Made by a program: the position numbers and the translations under genes | Assembly: GCA_964452145.1 (NCBI GenBank) | Contig: CAYVLA010000063.1 | Coordinates: 1 to 18,824 of the forward strand | Source of the DNA: Candidatus Hadarchaeota archaeon | GTDB taxonomy: Archaea; CAYQAE01; CAYVLA01 | DNA length: 18,824 nucleotides | Direction: 5' to 3' | Notes under the pieces: generated by a model | Database searches by the model: none | The model's input: only the letters and a program-made list of their open reading frames with translations | What the model was told of the DNA's origin: nothing | Shown: positions 15,978 through 18,824 of the stretch, one piece after another | Numbering within the stretch: the first letter of the stretch is position 1 | Layout: every line of letters begins with the position of its first letter

Positions 15978-16115
15978 GTTGGTCTGGGCTGTTAAGCATC
16001 CCTCAGACCCCCTGCTTCGGACTTGCCATTCCTCTCCGGCAAGATTAAATGGCCGGCGTTTGCAGAGCTGGTTTCAATGGGCTGAGAGATCCCGGCAGGC
16101 CGGGTTGAGCCTTTC

Positions 16116-16463
16116 TCAGTGGGGTTTCTTGGTGGGGATGAGGCAGATGAAGGCGAGGCAAGAGTCCCCATCGTTGTTGAACTGATGCTCCTCATTGGGC
16201 GGGATGAAGACGAAGTCACCGGGCCGCACCGGGACTTCCCGGCCACCGCCCATAGCGGTGCCTGTCCCACAAAGCACGAACACCTCATGTTCCCAGGGAT
16301 GACGGTGGAGCGGTGTGTGGCCTCCCGGCGCCACCTCGAAGTGCCGCATTGCGAAGTTGGGGGCCCCGTGCTTTTCAGTTATCAGCCACCGTATCGTGAC
16401 CCCTTCGGCTCCCTCCTCCGAGACCTCCCCTCCCTCGACATCTAGGTAGTTCATCAACCTCAT
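16116..16463 (-). CDS. Cupin domain protein (TM1459-like, 115 aa)
   Basis: IRWLI..HGAPNFAMRHFEVAPGGHTPLHRHPWEHEVFVL.G, PGDFVFIPPNEEHQF, FICLIP. ATG 16463 has GGGAGG upstream. Confidence 0.92.
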   Translation of the reverse strand: MRLMNYLDVEGGEVSEEGAEGVTIRWLITEKHGAPNFAMRHFEVAPGGHTPLHRHPWEHEVFVLCGTGTAMGGGREVPVRPGDFVFIPPNEEHQFNNDGDSCLAFICLIPTKKPH

Positions 16464-16504
16464 CCTCTTGCCTCCCTGAACAGCCCGACTCGATCTTGGC
16501 TCCC

Positions 16505-17776
16505 CTAAAGCGATGACATGCGCGTCCTCGCAACCTCCCTGTAAAGCCTCCTCCGAACCATCAATGTCCATACCGCAAACCCAGCAATGAGCGCAATGCC
16601 TGTGACGGAAAGCCACTCAACCACGTATATCCACAACAGGGCGCGGTCCTTGAGTTTGAGGGACTGGTCTCGCAACGCAACTATGTCACGGAGCACCTCA
16701 TCCATGACCGCCGAGGATTCCTCGAAGGCTTGATCCAGGTACAGGTCTCTGGCATTCTTGTTCCTCTTCGAAATCTCGACCATCTGGCTGGCTATCGGTC
16801 CCGGATTCGCCCCGAACTTGTCTATGAAGTCCATTATAGCGTTGATGAAACTTGTGTACGAGGAAAAGTCTGTGAACTTCACACGGAGCCTGTGGAGCTG
16901 GACGACATCGTCAGGAAGCTTCCTTCCGGTGCTGTAGATGATCTCGGCCAGGACCATGTCGGGGGCGTATGGATTGTACAGGGTGTTCCAGTACTGGCCG
17001 AACATGTCCTGGTGGGTCCAGGTGATGCCCTTGCCGAACTTCCAGTACATGCTGTGAGGAATCCAGCCCGGTGACTGGAATCTTGGGTCTGGGTAGGCGC
17101 CCGCATAGCCAACGGGGTGGGGACCGACCGAGTAGGAAACCACGACGGCGCCCGGCTTGGGTATGGCCAGATTGGTGCCATACGCACCGGCAAAGGAGTA
17201 CTCAACCCCGGGGAGGTCCTTGTACGGTTTGTAGACCGGGGGCACGTTCTCATTGGTGTTGATGACGACACGCATGGGGTACTGATGCAAAGTGTAATCG
17301 GTCGAGACGACCGCATCTGCATCGTTGGGGAAGGCATCGCTGAGGACGGATTGGGCCCAAGGGGTTGATATGTAGATGTGCATGCTCATCACGCTCCTTG
17401 TATTCATCCCGCCCAGCCCTCCGACGTATATGGAGTCGTACAGCATCTGTTGCTGTGCAACACTGAAGCACGGAATGCCCAGATCGATCTGAGCCAGAAT
17501 CATGTATTCGAACTCCAGGAGTCTCTCGTAGTTCCTAGGGAAGTAGAGTCTGACGAATCTCCGAATCTCGGGCACGGACCACGAGCTGTCCTGCGCCCTC
17601 GCTGGCACAACGCTTGGATTGGTGAGAGGGTCTATTTCCAGCCAGGCGGCGGCCAGCCTTAGTTCGCCCTCAAGCCCCGCGACGAGCACCTTCGCTGGCT
17701 GCCCGGCGTAGGCCTCCTGCACACCTAGGACCAGATTCATGAGGAGAATCCCACATGCCCACGCACGTTTCGCCAT
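16505..17776 (-). CDS. Single-pass membrane protein, paralog 4 (423 aa)
   Basis: Signal peptide MAKRAWACGILLMNLVLGVQEAYA. IDP, RLYFPRNYERLLEFEYMIL, FGAN, LKDRALLWIYVVEW, WTLMVRRRLYREVARTR. Confidence 0.9.
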   Translation of the reverse strand: MAKRAWACGILLMNLVLGVQEAYAGQPAKVLVAGLEGELRLAAAWLEIDPLTNPSVVPARAQDSSWSVPEIRRFVRLYFPRNYERLLEFEYMILAQIDLGIPCFSVAQQQMLYDSIYVGGLGGMNTRSVMSMHIYISTPWAQSVLSDAFPNDADAVVSTDYTLHQYPMRVVINTNENVPPVYKPYKDLPGVEYSFAGAYGTNLAIPKPGAVVVSYSVGPHPVGYAGAYPDPRFQSPGWIPHSMYWKFGKGITWTHQDMFGQYWNTLYNPYAPDMVLAEIIYSTGRKLPDDVVQLHRLRVKFTDFSSYTSFINAIMDFIDKFGANPGPIASQMVEISKRNKNARDLYLDQAFEESSAVMDEVLRDIVALRDQSLKLKDRALLWIYVVEWLSVTGIALIAGFAVWTLMVRRRLYREVARTRMSSL

Positions 17777-17805
17777 GATGACCAGTCTTCGCTGGTGGAG
17801 ATCTC

Positions 17806-17815
17806 TAATAAATAT
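17806..17815 (-). promoter_or_regulatory. TATA-like box (ATATTTATTA) for paralog 4
   Basis: Most AT-rich stretch of the divergent intergenic region, 29 nt upstream of ATG 17776. Confidence 0.5.
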
Positions 17816-17931
17816 CAGTGGTTCGTGCGCTGACGGACACCATTCTGCCGGGGCCTGAGTCGGGAGGAATGGAGAAACGAAACACTAATCCATCATCCGG
17901 CCCTGGCGGCACCTTGAATCAGGGTGATCGG

Positions 17932-18824
17932 GTGAGCACCCAAGTGCCTGAATGCCGGACATGTGGCAAGAAGCTGTTCAAGGCCAGCAGGTGCAGAAGG
18001 TGCGGGGGCACCTTCTGCAGCGCTCATTCCTCGCCCAAGAACCATGGATGTTCTTCTCTGAAGCCTCGGGCACCCTCCACGAACCGCAGGAAGACGCTGA
18101 TCGTCGCAATGACCGTCGCCTCTGCCGTCCTCATCCTCTCTGTGTCACTCTTTGCGAACAAGGGCACGGCCCCATCGCCGGGACCTCCGTGGGAAGGCGG
18201 AATATACTTTTCAGACGTCACCGAGCGCGCGGGTTTGGGCATATCGGCGTCCGGCCACGGCCTGGGGGTGGAGGACCTCGACGGGGATCTGGATCTCGAT
18301 CTCTACATAGTGAACAAGAACGGTAACTTGTTCTACCGGAACAACGGAGACGGGACCTTCACCGATGTGACGGCGCAGACAGGCGTTGGCCGGGGCCCAG
18401 GGGGTGGGCACGGAGTTGCGATCGGGGACTATGACAACGATGGCGACCGGGACATATTCTGCGCCAATTGGGCAGGAACGGCCGCGCCGAACGTGCTCTA
18501 CCGAAACGATGGCAATTTCTCCTTCACCGATGTGACAAAGTCCGCAGAAGTGCAAACGGAGGATCCGGGACAAAGCCATTCCACGTGCATGGGGGACTAC
18601 AACGGAGATGGCTGGCTTGACATTATCGCAACCAACGTCCAGGGAACCAACTTCTACTTCCAGAACCGGAAGGACGGCAGATTCCTCTACTCATCGGATC
18701 TGGGCCGCGGCGATGCGCCACATGGACTGGTCACCGTGGACTACGATCTGGACGGCGACCTCGACATCTCCATGTCCAGTCAGGCCTGGCAGGGCAGGCC
18801 CCCAACAAACGTCTTCTACGAGAA
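17932..18824 (+). CDS. AN1-type zinc finger + TM helix + FG-GAP/VCBS repeats (CRTAC1/ASPIC-UnbV-like); 3'-truncated by the window
   Basis: Manual translation, open to the window end: MSTQVPECRTCGKKLFKASRCRRCGGTFCSAHSSPKNHGC...RRKTLIVAMTVASAVLILSVSLFA...FSDVTERAGL..EDLDGDLDLDLYIVN..YRNNGDGTFTDVT..GDYDNDGDRDIF..GDYNGDGWLDII..DYDLDGDLDI. Start is GTG 17932 or 17944, each with GGTGA upstream. Confidence 0.88.
   Translation, partial: MSTQVPECRTCGKKLFKASRCRRCGGTFCSAHSSPKNHGCSSLKPRAPSTNRRKTLIVAMTVASAVLILSVSLFANKGTAPSPGPPWEGGIYFSDVTERAGLGISASGHGLGVEDLDGDLDLDLYIVNKNGNLFYRNNGDGTFTDVTAQTGVGRGPGGGHGVAIGDYDNDGDRDIFCANWAGTAAPNVLYRNDGNFSFTDVTKSAEVQTEDPGQSHSTCMGDYNGDGWLDIIATNVQGTNFYFQNRKDGRFLYSSDLGRGDAPHGLVTVDYDLDGDLDISMSSQAWQGRPPTNVFYE

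Noticed and set aside
2..17776. Paralog family as a product of a diversity-generating retroelement or recent gene conversion
   Set aside because: No reverse transcriptase, no near-identical template/variable repeat pair, and the nucleotide sequences of the paralogs are highly diverged.

Overview
Chromosomal window from a GC-rich prokaryote that is very probably an archaeon (archaeal-type apgM, two AlaX-M editing proteins, TATA-like boxes about 25-40 nt upstream of starts, GGTGA/GGAGG ribosome-binding sites, an AN1 zinc finger). Housekeeping-type genes (alaXM x2, a HIT-mobB-apgM operon, a cupin) are interleaved with accessory genes: a decayed radical SAM gene, a divergent creatininase / 1.1-kaa beta-propeller-glycoside-hydrolase-like / ADP-ribosylglycohydrolase cluster, and a solitary PD-(D/E)XK nuclease. 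The most striking signal is four dispersed, anciently diverged paralogs (2-160 partial, 1453-2631, 10377-11597, 16505-17776) of an uncharacterised single-pass membrane protein family. The three complete copies have a variable DUF1355/GATase1-like head and a gapless, fixed-length helical stalk. All four share a 45-residue anchor/tail module with 15 invariant residues ending in YR[EH]VxxTR. A second notable gene, absent from the supplied ORF track because it runs off the window end, encodes AN1 zinc finger + TM helix + FG-GAP repeats. No rRNA, tRNA, CRISPR array or intact transposase was seen. All family assignments come from motif recognition by eye; no database search was run.
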